DNA of 63,943 nucleotides, filler included, from Piptocephalis cylindrospora (Eukaryota), in assembly GCA_003614145.1 (NCBI GenBank). It is 20 parts of 20 records of this genome, joined end to end, with 100 filler letters (N's around TTAATTAATTAA, not from the genome) between each part and the next. Parts side by side here need not be neighbours in the genome. Positions count along the whole stretch, not along the records: positions 35,724 to 38,844 come from KZ988748.1; positions 38,945 to 42,065 come from KZ988749.1; positions 42,166 to 45,281 come from KZ988750.1; positions 45,382 to 48,482 come from KZ988751.1; positions 48,583 to 51,679 come from KZ988752.1; 15 more parts are not named here. The stretch is one strand, 5' to 3'. Positions within the stretch are counted from its first letter, which is position 1. Every line of letters starts with the position of its first letter. Made by a program: the position numbers and the translations under genes. Under the pieces are notes generated by a model, which was not told the DNA's origin, did not search any database, and worked only from the letters and a program-made list of their open reading frames with translations. This document shows, piece by piece, positions 36,413 through 48,587 of the stretch.

Positions 36413-36483
36413 AAACTGCAGGAATTAAACTCGTGACCTACTCGGTCATCATCTCAGCACCCCACCGACTGAGCTATTTTGCC
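36413..36483 (-). pseudogene. Degenerate tRNA-like sequence
   Basis: The reverse strand reads GGCAAAA-TAGCTCAGTCGGT...AGGTCACGAGTTTAATTCC, a good A box and a decayed B box. Confidence 0.5.
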
Positions 36484-36492
36484 AACTAGATC

Positions 36493-36795
36493 TATCGAGA
36501 CTTCTCGCTTTATTCTGTGCACGATGGAAATCGTGGATGTCTGGGGGGATGGATGCTTGTTACTCCCTTGATCTCTCAATCAGATGCAGAACCAAGGTGC
36601 TCCTCCCCCCAGGATGGGAACTGCTCTCATCTCTTGCTCCCTCTTATACTCGTCTCCCCTCGTACTAAGGGAGCGACCCAACACACACAGACAGACAATA
36701 GACACACACACACACACGCACACACTTCTCAGTCATCGCTTGTAGACCTCACTATGGGGATTCCTCTCCTGTCTACAGTAGGCTGTGACCCGACA
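36493..36795 (+). mobile_element. Solo-LTR-like family B with GATC TSD
   Basis: TATCGAGAC...GTGACCCGACA with GATC at 36489-36492 and 36796-36799. Homologous end-to-end to 11756-12129. Confidence 0.8.
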
Positions 36796-38262
36796 GATCC
36801 TGTCACTGAGCTTCTTGTCCTGATAATTCCCCTCAGTCTGTGACAAGGGTGTAAATTCGTGCAGTCTTTTGGGTGCATTTTCCCCATGAGACAATAAATT
36901 TTTCAACGAGGAAATGGAATGCCAAAAACAACACCTCTCATGCGGAACATTTCGCCGCCTACTACTACTACATTTTTTATGCGGAAATTGAATATGACTG
37001 TGGTTGTTCATACCGGTGAATGGGTAAAGGCGTTGATCTAGTTGTATAGACCACCGACCGATGAAGCGAGCAGACGGGAATTCGATCCCCTGTCTTGCGT
37101 CCCTCCCATTTGCCTTAACTCTCAATCGTCCCAGAATGAGAAGATAGGGCATGATTCCAGTACCGTTCGGCATAGCGTATTGTTTTCTTATCGTCCCTTT
37201 ATTTACGCCTCAGCAAGGCATACTTCCTGTAGCCTAGCCGTCTAATCTTCATCCTTTAGGTTGCAAGGTTCCAGATTCGACTCCGAGTGTGTTATCCCTC
37301 CCTTGCACTAGGTCAAGTTCAAGAACCCCAATGACACTGTATACATTGCTAGCTACCATCTTTCTTGTGCATTCTATGGTCATCTACCCCGGGAGGGGAT
37401 GCGCTAATGGTTTTCTGTAGTGTCCATTTCAAAAAATTACAGTACAGGGCACACGTCGGGAACATTGTTTCTGGTACCACGCAGGCCAGCCGAATGAGGC
37501 GGGTATTGTGTTCGGATGCCTTCAGCGCCTACCTCACTAGGAAAAATAAAATGGTTGACAACAACAACAACGGTGGATTGACCAAAGGGACCTTCCTCAC
37601 AACCAGAAAAGCATTATTAGTTCCATCGAAATCATTTCAAAACAGAAAGGAAGGAGGAGGAATAGGTATATAGAGAAAAGACCTGTGTCTCTATACCAAA
37701 GCATTTGATATGAGGCGGGGAACCAATGGGTTGATGCGATGGTCATATAGCTCTTAAGTCTGGTCTAATCAAATATATTTTCCATTGGGATCTTCAATAG
37801 GGAAAGAGGGAGAGACGTATACGAATACGCTATAGTGACCTTTGGAGCGGAGATTGAATCGGAGGCGGAGATTGAATATACTCTCCAATCCCCTTCTTCT
37901 GGTTGGCTGTCTCCTTTTATTCGCATCCTTGACACCTCAGGGACTCCATCTCCGTCTTCTCTTGTCCCTGAGTGTGAGAACAGGATGGCCTTACTAACCA
38001 TTTCTTGCCTAGCTCTGTCATTCAGTGGTGCATTCCCCTAGATCAACCATGTCTCCTACTCCTCCATCGCAATAGACTTAAATAAAGGCCAGATTGATCC
38101 CCTTTCCTCCCATCCCATCCTGCTCACCCTCCAACCCACCCAATCCTATCCTCCTTCTACCGTCTTTCCCTCTTCAAAGAGCTTTGGTCTCTTCTCCACC
38201 CTTCTACTTTCCTCGTCAAGCGACACTCCCTTCTCCACCACCACCACCACCTCTTCTCCACC

Positions 38263-38727
38263 ATGAAGCTCACCTCCATTCTACTCGTCTCCGCCATGCT
38301 GGTCATGGCTCTTACTGTTGCTGCTACTCCTACTCCCAAGGATGAAGATTCTAAGAGTGATGAAGCTGATAAGAGTTCGGATATTGCGAAATCCGAAAAC
38401 ATGGAATCTGGAGAAAATGACTCTGATCTGGAGGATAAAAAAGCCCCAGCTAAGGACATTGCCACTCCGGAGCAAATAAAGGCATGGAAATCCAGCTCCA
38501 AGGATAATACTGTTAAAGGTGACGGTAAACAATTCTGCGATATTAGTAATGGCGATCGATCTCAATGTCACACCGGTTACAAGTGCAAGTCCTATGCGTT
38601 AAGCAAGCATCCTACCTTCTCTGGTCTATTCGGGGATAAGTCCATATCTCAGGATAACTTTAAGAATTATGTATCTGAGGATAACCTTGGGACCTGCGTC
38701 GGCAAACTTGACCTTAACAAAGATTGA
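38263..38727 (+). CDS. Small secreted cysteine-rich protein, family member 3 (154 aa)
   Basis: Signal peptide, acidic linker and FCDI...QCHTGYKC...GTCVGKLD. It is the closest paralog of 9928-10347. Confidence 0.85.
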   Translation: MKLTSILLVSAMLVMALTVAATPTPKDEDSKSDEADKSSDIAKSENMESGENDSDLEDKKAPAKDIATPEQIKAWKSSSKDNTVKGDGKQFCDISNGDRSQCHTGYKCKSYALSKHPTFSGLFGDKSISQDNFKNYVSEDNLGTCVGKLDLNKD

Positions 38728-38944
38728 TGATATTTCGTCTCCCAGTGAATCATGCGTCTCCTCCCTCTTCCAATACCTGGTGATTGAGTAGTTTTCAGGA
38801 ATCTCTGGCCATAATAGATTCGTGAAATCCACCCTCATTCTTTTNNNNNNNNNNNNNNNNNNNNNNNNNNNNNNNNNNNNNNNNNNNNTTAATTAATTAA
38901 NNNNNNNNNNNNNNNNNNNNNNNNNNNNNNNNNNNNNNNNNNNN

Positions 38945-41487
38945 GATCCGAAAGATCCCTTTGGACATGACGGATGAGCTGGTACGCAGGACAGGATATG
39001 ACATGATGACTCCACTCTTGAGCAACTTCTTCCCCTCTCTAGATGGATGGCACTGACTGCTAACCACAACGGAAATACCCTGACATATAGATCTATTCCT
39101 GGTTGTGTCGAGCAGAATATTATCCAGAATATGTCAAGGTCATTCGTGATCGGTTCACTGGTAGGTCAAGATCATGCTGCTCCCATCATCATCCCCTGCT
39201 CACTCGTGTACGCCTATTATGTAGGAGAGAGTAAGGGATACGGGTTTATCCGCTTTCCTTCCATGGAGTACTCTGTGAACTTTATGGACCAGCATTTCCC
39301 CGAGATTGTCATTGAAGGCTCCCGATTGAGCCTGGAGTTTGGCCTTCATGATCCTGGCGACCAACAATGGGCTTGTGGAAGGGTATATCCATCTCGTCTT
39401 TCTTTCCTTCTTTCTTCGTCCCACGCGACATACTCTTGATTCCAATTCGATCCCTAACTCGATGAACTTTTCACTCATTCTACCCATTCCCCTCCCCCTT
39501 TCCTCCCCCTTGGATATGATGCGATGGTTTAAATGGTCTGGACTCCTTCATCATCCTTTGCACCAAATGGCCCTGATTTTTTTCAATACCTCATTTCCAC
39601 AACTTCTACGGCCCATCCTGGATCAACAGTGCCAATTTGGAAATTATGCCCGTAGGGATACATGCTTTAGGTGTACTGCGGATCGGCCCGGTAAGCTCAC
39701 ACTCCGTATCTTGGGGTTGTATTTCTCTCTGGGCTTTATCTCATTTACCCCATCTTTTAGGGGGAAACACGATAGGAGTGGGAATGAATCCGCCAGAGGA
39801 AATCAATGATGGGACACGTGATATCGGCGCAGAAGCCCATTTTCTTCTTCTTTTACGCCACCTTCCTCTTCAAGCTGATGAGGAAGTAATAGCTGATGCG
39901 GCGAGGTACCTCGGAAAAGCCAAAAGGATTCACCTCGTACGACGGACTAGGAATCAGCGATCATTGGGGTTTGCCTTTATCGAGTACTTGGGACCCATTG
40001 GGGCCAACAAAGCCCTTGTACTATCGGCAGATAAATCGTCCCATCCTGAAGGCTTTCGTGTATGTGGTCGTCCCGTAGGGATCTCCTTTGCTCATACTAG
40101 CAGTTTTCTTCCGATGTCGGAGAAGGAACAACGACTGGCGGAAGATAAAAAAAAGGAACCCCTGGTCAATAATAGATCTGTACAATTCCTGGATCGAAAA
40201 GGCAAGCCCACTCAGGAACCTCGTCAGTACTGGGATGTGAATACCTATATCAGTACGGCTTGGGTGTCTCGCGGGGCCAGAGAACCAGAGGAAGGGGAGG
40301 TTTCGTCCAAGGAATCTGGAAGAGAGAATTGCGTTAAGGGAGAGGGGGAAGAAGGAAAGAAAAGGATGAAAATGACAGGAAAGGTATCCAAATCCCCTGT
40401 CGCCATGGTGGGTTTGTCTGGCCCCATAGATCACACCATGGCAGCTCCCCTCTCCATCCTTCCATCGACTAATTGGGAGAAGCCGGCGTCTGAGGGCCAA
40501 AAGGTGGAAAAAGGCAAAGAGGCCAATGAGGCCGACAAATCTACCAAGGACCCTTCTCCTTCCGCTGCCACTCCGCCTCCTGCCTTGGGAATCACCCCGA
40601 GCTTTGTATCACGGAGGATGCAGAATCAGCTACAATTTTGGAATCGGCAGCATGAGGAGCTTAAGAGCACGCCTCAATTTATTCGTTCCTCTGACGAAGA
40701 AGGATCTAAGATCAGTGCGTCAGGCTTTATCCCTTCCTCAGTCAATTCCGATCCTATTGGAGAAGGTCAAGGACGAGAGGACAAGGCCGCAGGAGAGAAA
40801 GAGCTTCTCGTGGAATCCAAAGATACCCTTGAGTCTTCCTCTTCCCCCCCCCGAGCTTCTGCACCAATGATTCCTGTGTCTTCCTCCCCGGCCCCATTGG
40901 ATGAGGATTCATACGCTGATCTGGCCCAACTGGCTTGTCTGCTTTGTCAACGGGCCTTTAAATCCGAAGAAACCTTGAGGAAGCATGAGGGTCAAAGCAG
41001 CCTTCATCGGGATAACCTTCAGGACAGCTCCAAGGTCAAGGAGGCCAGGATTCGACTTGCTCTTTCTTTGCCCGATGAGGCTCGACTGGCTGGGGGAAAG
41101 TACCGGGATAGGGCCGCGGAGCGCCGTCTTATCCACGGACAGCCGGATAAACCACCGGCCCCCGAGGTCTCCTTGGGGTACCAGCAGATGCGGGAATCCA
41201 TGGAAGAAGCTAATCGATGGAAAGCCATTCAAGCCGCCAGGCAGGTCATGCTTCATGGTAGTACTGGGGAAGAGGGCAATGAGACGGGAGATGGTAGTGG
41301 TGGGCTTGTCAAGGCTATTCCCGAGGGTAACAAGGGAAGTCAGCTTTTAAGGAAGATGGGATGGAAGGAGGGTCAAGGTCTCGGTAGGGATGGGGATGGG
41401 ATAGTCAAGCCGCTTGAAGCCGAATCCTATGGTAAGGGTGTGGGACTCGGAGCCGGGCTGAAGCGGAAAGCCAATGGCCAGCGATGA
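38945..41487 (+). CDS. RBM5: RBM5/RBM10-like RNA-binding protein (RRM, RanBP2 ZnF, RRM, C2H2, G-patch); 5' partial
   Basis: Motifs SKGYGFIRF, WAC..C.FGNYARRDTCFRC, SLGFAFIEY, CLLCQRAFKS...HEGQSSLH, YRDRAAERR and NKGSQLLRKMGWKEGQGLG. Confidence 0.88.
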
Positions 41488-42241
41488 TTATGGAAAGGAG
41501 GGAGTGTTGTATGCGTGTGGCTAGCGAAGATATACTCTTCTTGTCTGCACTTTTAGCACATATTCAGTGTCTAGATCTGTTTGAAGTCACATGCCCAGCT
41601 GAGAAGAGAATGATAAATCCATTAGGGACGGCAGGTGTTTGCCTCACAGTAATTCCGTATCTAGCATATCAAGGAAAATGTGTTTATATCTGCTCTTGCA
41701 AGCGCCTTTCCGCACTGTTCACAAAGTCTTAGGATGGCATCTTGAGTGATAGTTCTCTAAGAAATTCGTAACATCCACTGACGATGATGATAAAACCAGT
41801 TTATTTCTCCCTCATGGGGCTGGCTATAGAGTATCCGAACACATGACCCGTCTAGGCCAGCCTGCGTGGTACCAGGGACGTAATTTCCGCTGTAGTAACC
41901 TAGATTATTATTTAGCTAGCCGATTCAGTCAAGTGAATCAAGAATCAAATAGAAACGCGAACCAAGGGAAGGTCAAATGTGAAAAAAGTAGGAGAGAAAT
42001 GGAAGGGCGAGCCCCAGGGCGGGAGTGTTCTCTGCTTCGTCGCCTTAAATACTTTCCTAGATTGTNNNNNNNNNNNNNNNNNNNNNNNNNNNNNNNNNNN
42101 NNNNNNNNNTTAATTAATTAANNNNNNNNNNNNNNNNNNNNNNNNNNNNNNNNNNNNNNNNNNNNAGGACGACTAATGAAGGAAAAATTAGAGATGGTGG
42201 GGATGTAGAGGGATGCGGTGGTGGTGAGGGATGGGTGGGGG

Positions 42242-42279
<38 letters not shown>

Positions 42280-42852
42280 GTTTTTGAAAATAGATCTCTG
42301 ATAGAAATCACAAGTGGGTATGAGGATAGAGGAGTAGAAGATATTGGAGTGATGTGAGGCCCTTTATATACATTTTCCCTTCACCGAGGCCAGTCTCGTT
42401 TAACGGACATGACCCTTCCAGAAACAGGACCCCTTCTTCTCACTACCACAAAAAGTTCCTTGGGCAAGTTCCATTTGCTCATAAGAGGGGCCTCGTTTCA
42501 CGGGACACGGTACAACTCTCTCATTCTTCCTTCCTCGCCCACACGTGTGGATAGATCGGTATGGGTATTGGCATAGGGAGCTTAGAGTTGCATGTGTTGT
42601 TCAGCTTCCTCGGAAGAGCGAGGAGAGGAGGAGATCGGAGTTGGTCCCAACACCTGGCACCTTGACCCAGCCTGCCCTTCTTTGTTAGGGAGACAGGGTG
42701 GGGTCCTCCTGCCTAATCCTTTCCAGGAGATCCTTCCAAGAGGGAGATAAACTGAATCATACCAAACAGTGTTCATGATAAAAATATAAAAATGTAAACA
42801 TCACCATCGGTATCCATTCATCTCATCAGCTCAAGAAGCACAGATCGCTCAA

Positions 42853-44130
42853 TTAGGAAGCATGATAGTAAAGGATGCGAGCCTGGGAAGTCTCATCGTC
42901 CTCCTCGTCATCCTCGGTATCATCCTCCATCTCGGAGGTCTCTTCTCCAGAGTCTTCCCCAGAGGAGGAAGAGTCCCAGTCCTTTGCCTCCTCTTCCGTA
43001 GGAGGGTACTTGTACTCAGGAAAGTGAGATGGGGTGTGAGCAGGGGGGTGGACAATGGAGTGAGTGGCGACCTGAGCAGGAGCAGAGGATCGGAGAGTAG
43101 GAGTAGGATGAGACGCCTTGATCTCCTCCTTCTCTTCCTCTTCTTCATCTGAATCAGATCCTTCCGAGTCTGATCCTTCCGAGTCTGATCCATTTGCCTC
43201 GGATTCAGAGCTGCCATAGGCAGGAACCTTCGCCGAGGCGGAGGAGGAAGCGGAAGGAGCTTGAGCGGACTGAGGAAGATGGACCTCATCCTCCTCGTCA
43301 TCCGAGTCATCATCATCATCATCATCATCGGAATCCTCTTCAGAAGACTCCGAGTCTTCCTCATGGTAGGCAGGAGGCCTGGAAGGCTTCTTGGCCTGAC
43401 TGACTTGAAGTCTCTGGGCAGCCGAGAAACTGGGCTTGGGGGATGGGGCGGATGCAGAATTCTTTTCTCCTCCAGCGATCTGGGTGTACTCGGCCACTAC
43501 CTCCTCCTCTCCACTATCATCACTGTCGCTGTTATCTTCATCCTCTTTCTTGGAGGACTCCTGGACCTCAGAGTAGTCCTGGGACTTGGGAGTGGTTTGG
43601 GGGGAACTGACCACAGCGGACCGACTTTGAGGAGTAGTAAGAGCGGGGGTGACAGTAGAGCGAGTCGGGGTCGGAGTAGGGGCCGCAGGGGCCACAGGGG
43701 CTGCGGGGGAAGCGGCCTGAGCGGCAGAGCGAGATGATCCATCACAATGACGTTTAGCGATGAAGCAGGTAAACCGATGCCAACCATGCTTCAATGCCCC
43801 CTCCACTTTGGGCGCAGGCTTGTCCTGAGTCCCTTCCTGATAGGCTCGCTTCCGGAGATGAGCCACAATGCCAGCTGGTTGGGCCGACGATTCAGAAGAG
43901 CGCTTCTCCACATGGGGAAGGACAGTGGAGACAAGGCGAGATTGGGAGGCGGAGCCGTGGGCAAATTCCTCCGAAGCAAAAAGACGACGACGAACCAGCT
44001 GAGCCGTGGAGTGAGAAGTGAGGTAGGAGGTAGAGAGCTCCCGACGGTGATCAGGGACGGGGGAGGCCAGGGTCGAGGCAGAGGCCAGGACAAGGGTGGC
44101 GAGCATGAAATGAATAGAGGAAATTTGCAT
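42853..44130 (-). CDS. Secreted low-complexity protein with several dibasic sites (425 aa)
   Basis: Signal peptide ending LA-SPVP, RR/KR sites, a P/T/S-rich middle and a very acidic C-terminal half. Confidence 0.75.
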   Translation of the reverse strand: MQISSIHFMLATLVLASASTLASPVPDHRRELSTSYLTSHSTAQLVRRRLFASEEFAHGSASQSRLVSTVLPHVEKRSSESSAQPAGIVAHLRKRAYQEGTQDKPAPKVEGALKHGWHRFTCFIAKRHCDGSSRSAAQAASPAAPVAPAAPTPTPTRSTVTPALTTPQSRSAVVSSPQTTPKSQDYSEVQESSKKEDEDNSDSDDSGEEEVVAEYTQIAGGEKNSASAPSPKPSFSAAQRLQVSQAKKPSRPPAYHEEDSESSEEDSDDDDDDDDSDDEEDEVHLPQSAQAPSASSSASAKVPAYGSSESEANGSDSEGSDSEGSDSDEEEEEKEEIKASHPTPTLRSSAPAQVATHSIVHPPAHTPSHFPEYKYPPTEEEAKDWDSSSSGEDSGEETSEMEDDTEDDEEDDETSQARILYYHAS

Positions 44131-46432
44131 GATGTTGGTGGATAGAGAGGGGCGTAAAGTGGTTCAGGTAGATTCAACGAGGTGGAGGGGAAGAAGAGGT
44201 AAAAGAAATCGAGGGACGTATCACAAGGTGAATTGGGGTTGGTAGTGCGGAATAAGCACAGCAAGACACAGTGAAAAGGAGTGAAGATACGCTGGTACGT
44301 GAACGTGAGGAGGGCAAGGAGGCCGTTAAGAGAAAAAGGAAGAATAGGGAGAGAGGAAAGAGGAAGGGATTGCAGATGATGTGGGGGAGAGAACAGCTGG
44401 AAAGGTCGGGATTAGGTGGCCTATCGCTTTATATAGTCCAGGGTCAGCTGTATGTGCAGGGATCTGTCGAGTGCACATATGGCTCACTGGCCAATGGTAG
44501 GCGCAGACAAGATGGTCGGAGTGTGAAACATGGCAAGAATGAGAGGAGAGAGGGGAAAAAAAAGTCCGCTTGGCGTTCAGGGTGGGGACCGAGGCTGGGA
44601 TGAGTAATGGAGCATCAACGTGGTATAGAGGTAGAAATACTGGGTATCTGCTGCTCTGGCGGTAGTAGAGTCGATCGTTCACTTATTCTATAAAATAGGC
44701 AACAGCCTGATCGGAGTATTGTTCAGTGGTCTGGTGGCATAAGATAGAAGATTAAGATAAAGATGAAAGCCTAAAAGAAAGAGCTAGATCAGATATGGGA
44801 GATGTAGATGTGTATTCTTCGTTGAATGGCCCACATCTCTCTAGGAAAAATAAGTCCTAAAAGATAGGTACTTGAGGTCCATCGCAAAGGTCATCCACGG
44901 CCATGGGAAGGACAAATGAGGAAACAACTTGGGGCTGCTCTATAAAGTTGGCTACTAAGCCCATCTGCAAGTGCCATTCCAAGTGACAATGGAAGACCCA
45001 AACTCCTGGGTTATCTGCCCGGAACCTAGTGAGGGCAGAATGAGGATAAGATCAGGGATGTCACCCCCCCCCACCCCCCCCGCACCCCCGACCACCGCAC
45101 CCCCCACACCCAACACACTCATGACAGCACCGAACGCTGTCCACCACCACCACACCCCCACCCCACCTCTCTTTTTCCTGTAGGGGTGGACCCCCCCCCA
45201 CAAAAAAGCTGAGGGGGGGATTTTTAAAAAAGGAGGGGGGGGGGGGGGGAGGGGGGGGGGGGGGGGAGGGGGGGAAAGGGGNNNNNNNNNNNNNNNNNNN
45301 NNNNNNNNNNNNNNNNNNNNNNNNNTTAATTAATTAANNNNNNNNNNNNNNNNNNNNNNNNNNNNNNNNNNNNNNNNNNNNTCATGGGACTGTGTCTCGA
45401 TATGCATATAAGAAAAGAGGAGGGGATAGTGTGAGGCGTATCTTGTAACAGCAATGATAGCGTTTCGTAACACGTAAGAGATGGGGAAGCATCTGTCAAA
45501 GAAGTCGCGGATGTTGCACCGAAACTGCAGTATTACTCCCACTCTGAGTGTCCTTCTGTCGCGCCAATGCTGCTCATTGGTACAAGGCTCCTTGGGCGTA
45601 TACTCCGACTCCTTAAATCGCTGATCCTCCTGATGAACCAAGAATCTAACACATTCAGAGCGGCAATGTCTCATCAGGCATTGGTGGCAGTTTCAACCCT
45701 GGCATTTCTCAGATGATTCAGGGATGCTAAACTCCGCCATCGCGAGCCTCCTCATCCCACCAGCAGGACAGATCCCTCATGGAAGGCTCATCTCTCATGA
45801 ATAAGGGCTACTAGACATGGAAATTTATGTTTCATCCCTAGTGAGGACAAGAGGCCATAAGGAAAAGACGAGGGATGTGAGCGTATGGAAGGAGGTGAGA
45901 TTGAAGATTGTGATTTGTTATTCCAAAGTGAAGCAGTACTGCATTTGAGCACTAAAGCTGCCGCTATATCTACCGTTTTTGCTGCCGATCCTACCCGTCT
46001 TACGCTGAAATCTGGTTAATGTTCTAATGGAAAGGGCCCATACTGTGACCAGCCCTTGCCCACATAACCCCCATAGCTTCTGGAGGCCTAAAGGACATAT
46101 TGGTTCATTGAGGCAAGCCGGCGCCTTGCCATAAACATGAATATCAAAAAGGGGGCATGACTAGGGTGCATTGTCGCCCATGGCCAAAGGTATCTGATCG
46201 CAACGCTGAAAGCCTTTTACCATGCATATAACAGCTGGATTCAATGAAACGCCAGTAGATTAATAGGTGTATACGTATAATGCAATAAGAAAACTTGTTG
46301 CTGCAAACGCCCAAAAGAATGACTGTTGGTTTCATGAATCTATTTTGACCAAAGATTCCTGAAAACTGCTCAATCTCTTGGAAAACCAGAGGAGGGGAAG
46401 AGGCGAGTAATTGGTTGGGTGGTGGAAGCTCA

Positions 46433-47242
46433 TCAAGGTTTGGTCTTGTCGAGCTTCTTGACGCAGGTTCCAGAAATGGAGTACGTTCCACGCCCATTGA
46501 CGAACGGTATCATCCTCATGGGTTTGCACTTTTCATCTTCACCACATGGATTTTTACTGTCGATGGTGCAGTCAGTGCTACCATCGCCTTCAACGGTATT
46601 TTCTAGGGCCGCAAGCACCCAATGCCTAACATACCCGTCAAGAGGCACCCCATCCTTATCGTATATATCGCCAGTCGAGCTCTTATTGATAGTATCTTGG
46701 AGTTCTGACTTCAGATCTTTGCTAGTGTCAACCATCCCGATGCAGGTCCCAGCCATACCGTACTTTTTAGTGCCACTGCCATCATCTTTCTTAAAGGATT
46801 TGCACTTGTAACCAGTGGCACACACATCTTGATATGAACCGGAGCCATAGATGAAGCAGTCAGCGGCGCCCCGACCATCAACAGTATTCGCCAGACTGGC
46901 AAGTATAAGACTCCTATCGTATCCACCAATAGGCATGCCCTCCACAAGCCCATCACTACTTGTAATCACCGTGTCTGCATCATCAGCAGGAGAAGCAGTA
47001 GCAGTAGTAGTAATAGAATTAGGAGAAACAGCAGCAGTATTTTCCTCGCTCTTGGATTTCAGTTTCTCATCATTATGCTCAGATCCCTCGGCCCCAGATA
47101 ATGAACCAGAGCCATCATCTCCCGAGCCAGTGTCTCCAGCTTCATTGTTCCCAGCGTCCTTTTCCTTGGGAGCGGGAGTAGCAGCAATAGTAAGAGCCAT
47201 GGCCAGCATGGCGGAGACGAGCAGGATGGATGTGAGCTTCAT
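46433..47242 (-). CDS. Secreted cysteine-rich protein, family member 4, two tandem 4-Cys domains (269 aa)
   Basis: Same signal peptide. It carries two LxNTV(D/E)GxG...C...C...C...GTC modules, and its 5' and 3' flanks are homologous to the paralogs. Confidence 0.85.
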   Translation of the reverse strand: MKLTSILLVSAMLAMALTIAATPAPKEKDAGNNEAGDTGSGDDGSGSLSGAEGSEHNDEKLKSKSEENTAAVSPNSITTTATASPADDADTVITSSDGLVEGMPIGGYDRSLILASLANTVDGRGAADCFIYGSGSYQDVCATGYKCKSFKKDDGSGTKKYGMAGTCIGMVDTSKDLKSELQDTINKSSTGDIYDKDGVPLDGYVRHWVLAALENTVEGDGSTDCTIDSKNPCGEDEKCKPMRMIPFVNGRGTYSISGTCVKKLDKTKP

Positions 47243-48587
47243 GACGAAGAAGAGATGATGATGGTGGTGGTGGGAAGAGAGAATGTCGCTTGACGAGAAA
47301 AGTAGAAGGGTGGAGAAGAGACCAAAGCTCTTTGAAGAGGGGAAGGAGGCAGAAGGAGGGTAGGGTTGGGTAGGTTGGAGGGCGAGCAGGAGGGGAGGAG
47401 AGGAAAGGATATCAACCTGGTCTCTATTTAAGCCTGCTGCGATGGGGGAACAGAGGAGTCAACTTGGAGGAATGCGCTACTGAATGATGGAGTTGGACGA
47501 GAGATGACCAGTAAGGACATCCTGTTCTGATGTCCAGAGAGAAGAAAGGACGGAGATGGAATTCCTAGATAGGAGGTGTAACGAGAGGGGAGAAATGACT
47601 AGTCAGCTAGGGAACGATGGGGGCTGGACGAATCACCACCACGTGTTCATTCTCTGCTTCAACGGTTTCTGCAATATATCCTTAAACATTTCTTTGCTTT
47701 CCTTGTTCACATCTCCTATGGAAGATGTTTCCAGCGGAGTTACAGTTCGCCCTCCTCTCTCGCTCCTCAAACATCCCAGTCATGGCTGAAAAGCATAGTA
47801 TTTTCCTGTTCATTTACTGGTTCTTCACCTTGCTTCCATGGTCTTGATGTCGGAGATGTACCCATTCTGAATATCCATCTTCATCTCTTTCTCAGTCTTA
47901 AAAGACCTTTCATTGAGCCTTTCCATTAAGAAGGAGCCTATGGGGCAATTCATGCCCGTATATCGAAGGGGAGGTGTTTTTCGGAGGGCATGAAAGTGCG
48001 TGATGTGTGTATAAGCACCCCCCTAAAAACCACCTGGCGAGTCCTGATGCCTCGGAAATACATACACATACACATTATGCTTCTGATGTGTAGATACTAA
48101 TCAACCTGTCCTAACCTTACATAACTAGCTATGTCATTGGAAGGCCTCGGTAAAATCGCATCGAGTGATACTACTTTTGTCTTTTGGCCGCAATTCTGAG
48201 CAGGGGTATAGAGTCAAAGCTGTCTCGTTAAATGCGACGAGTGTATGCTCCTGATATACACTGTGGCCCCAGAGGATCGGGTGCAGCTGAAGGTGAAAGA
48301 GACTGCTAAAGAAATAAAATCGGCGCCCGGCTTGACTACTATCCGTACTACTACCAATACTCTATGTCTTGTGGAGATTATACATCCCATGACCACGCAA
48401 TAATGGAGGGATGTGAAATGGATCTGATTTAAAAAGGCAATATAAAATCATATAGAAAAAAGATGGATGCATTAAATACTAGNNNNNNNNNNNNNNNNNN
48501 NNNNNNNNNNNNNNNNNNNNNNNNNNTTAATTAATTAANNNNNNNNNNNNNNNNNNNNNNNNNNNNNNNNNNNNNNNNNNNNAGGAA

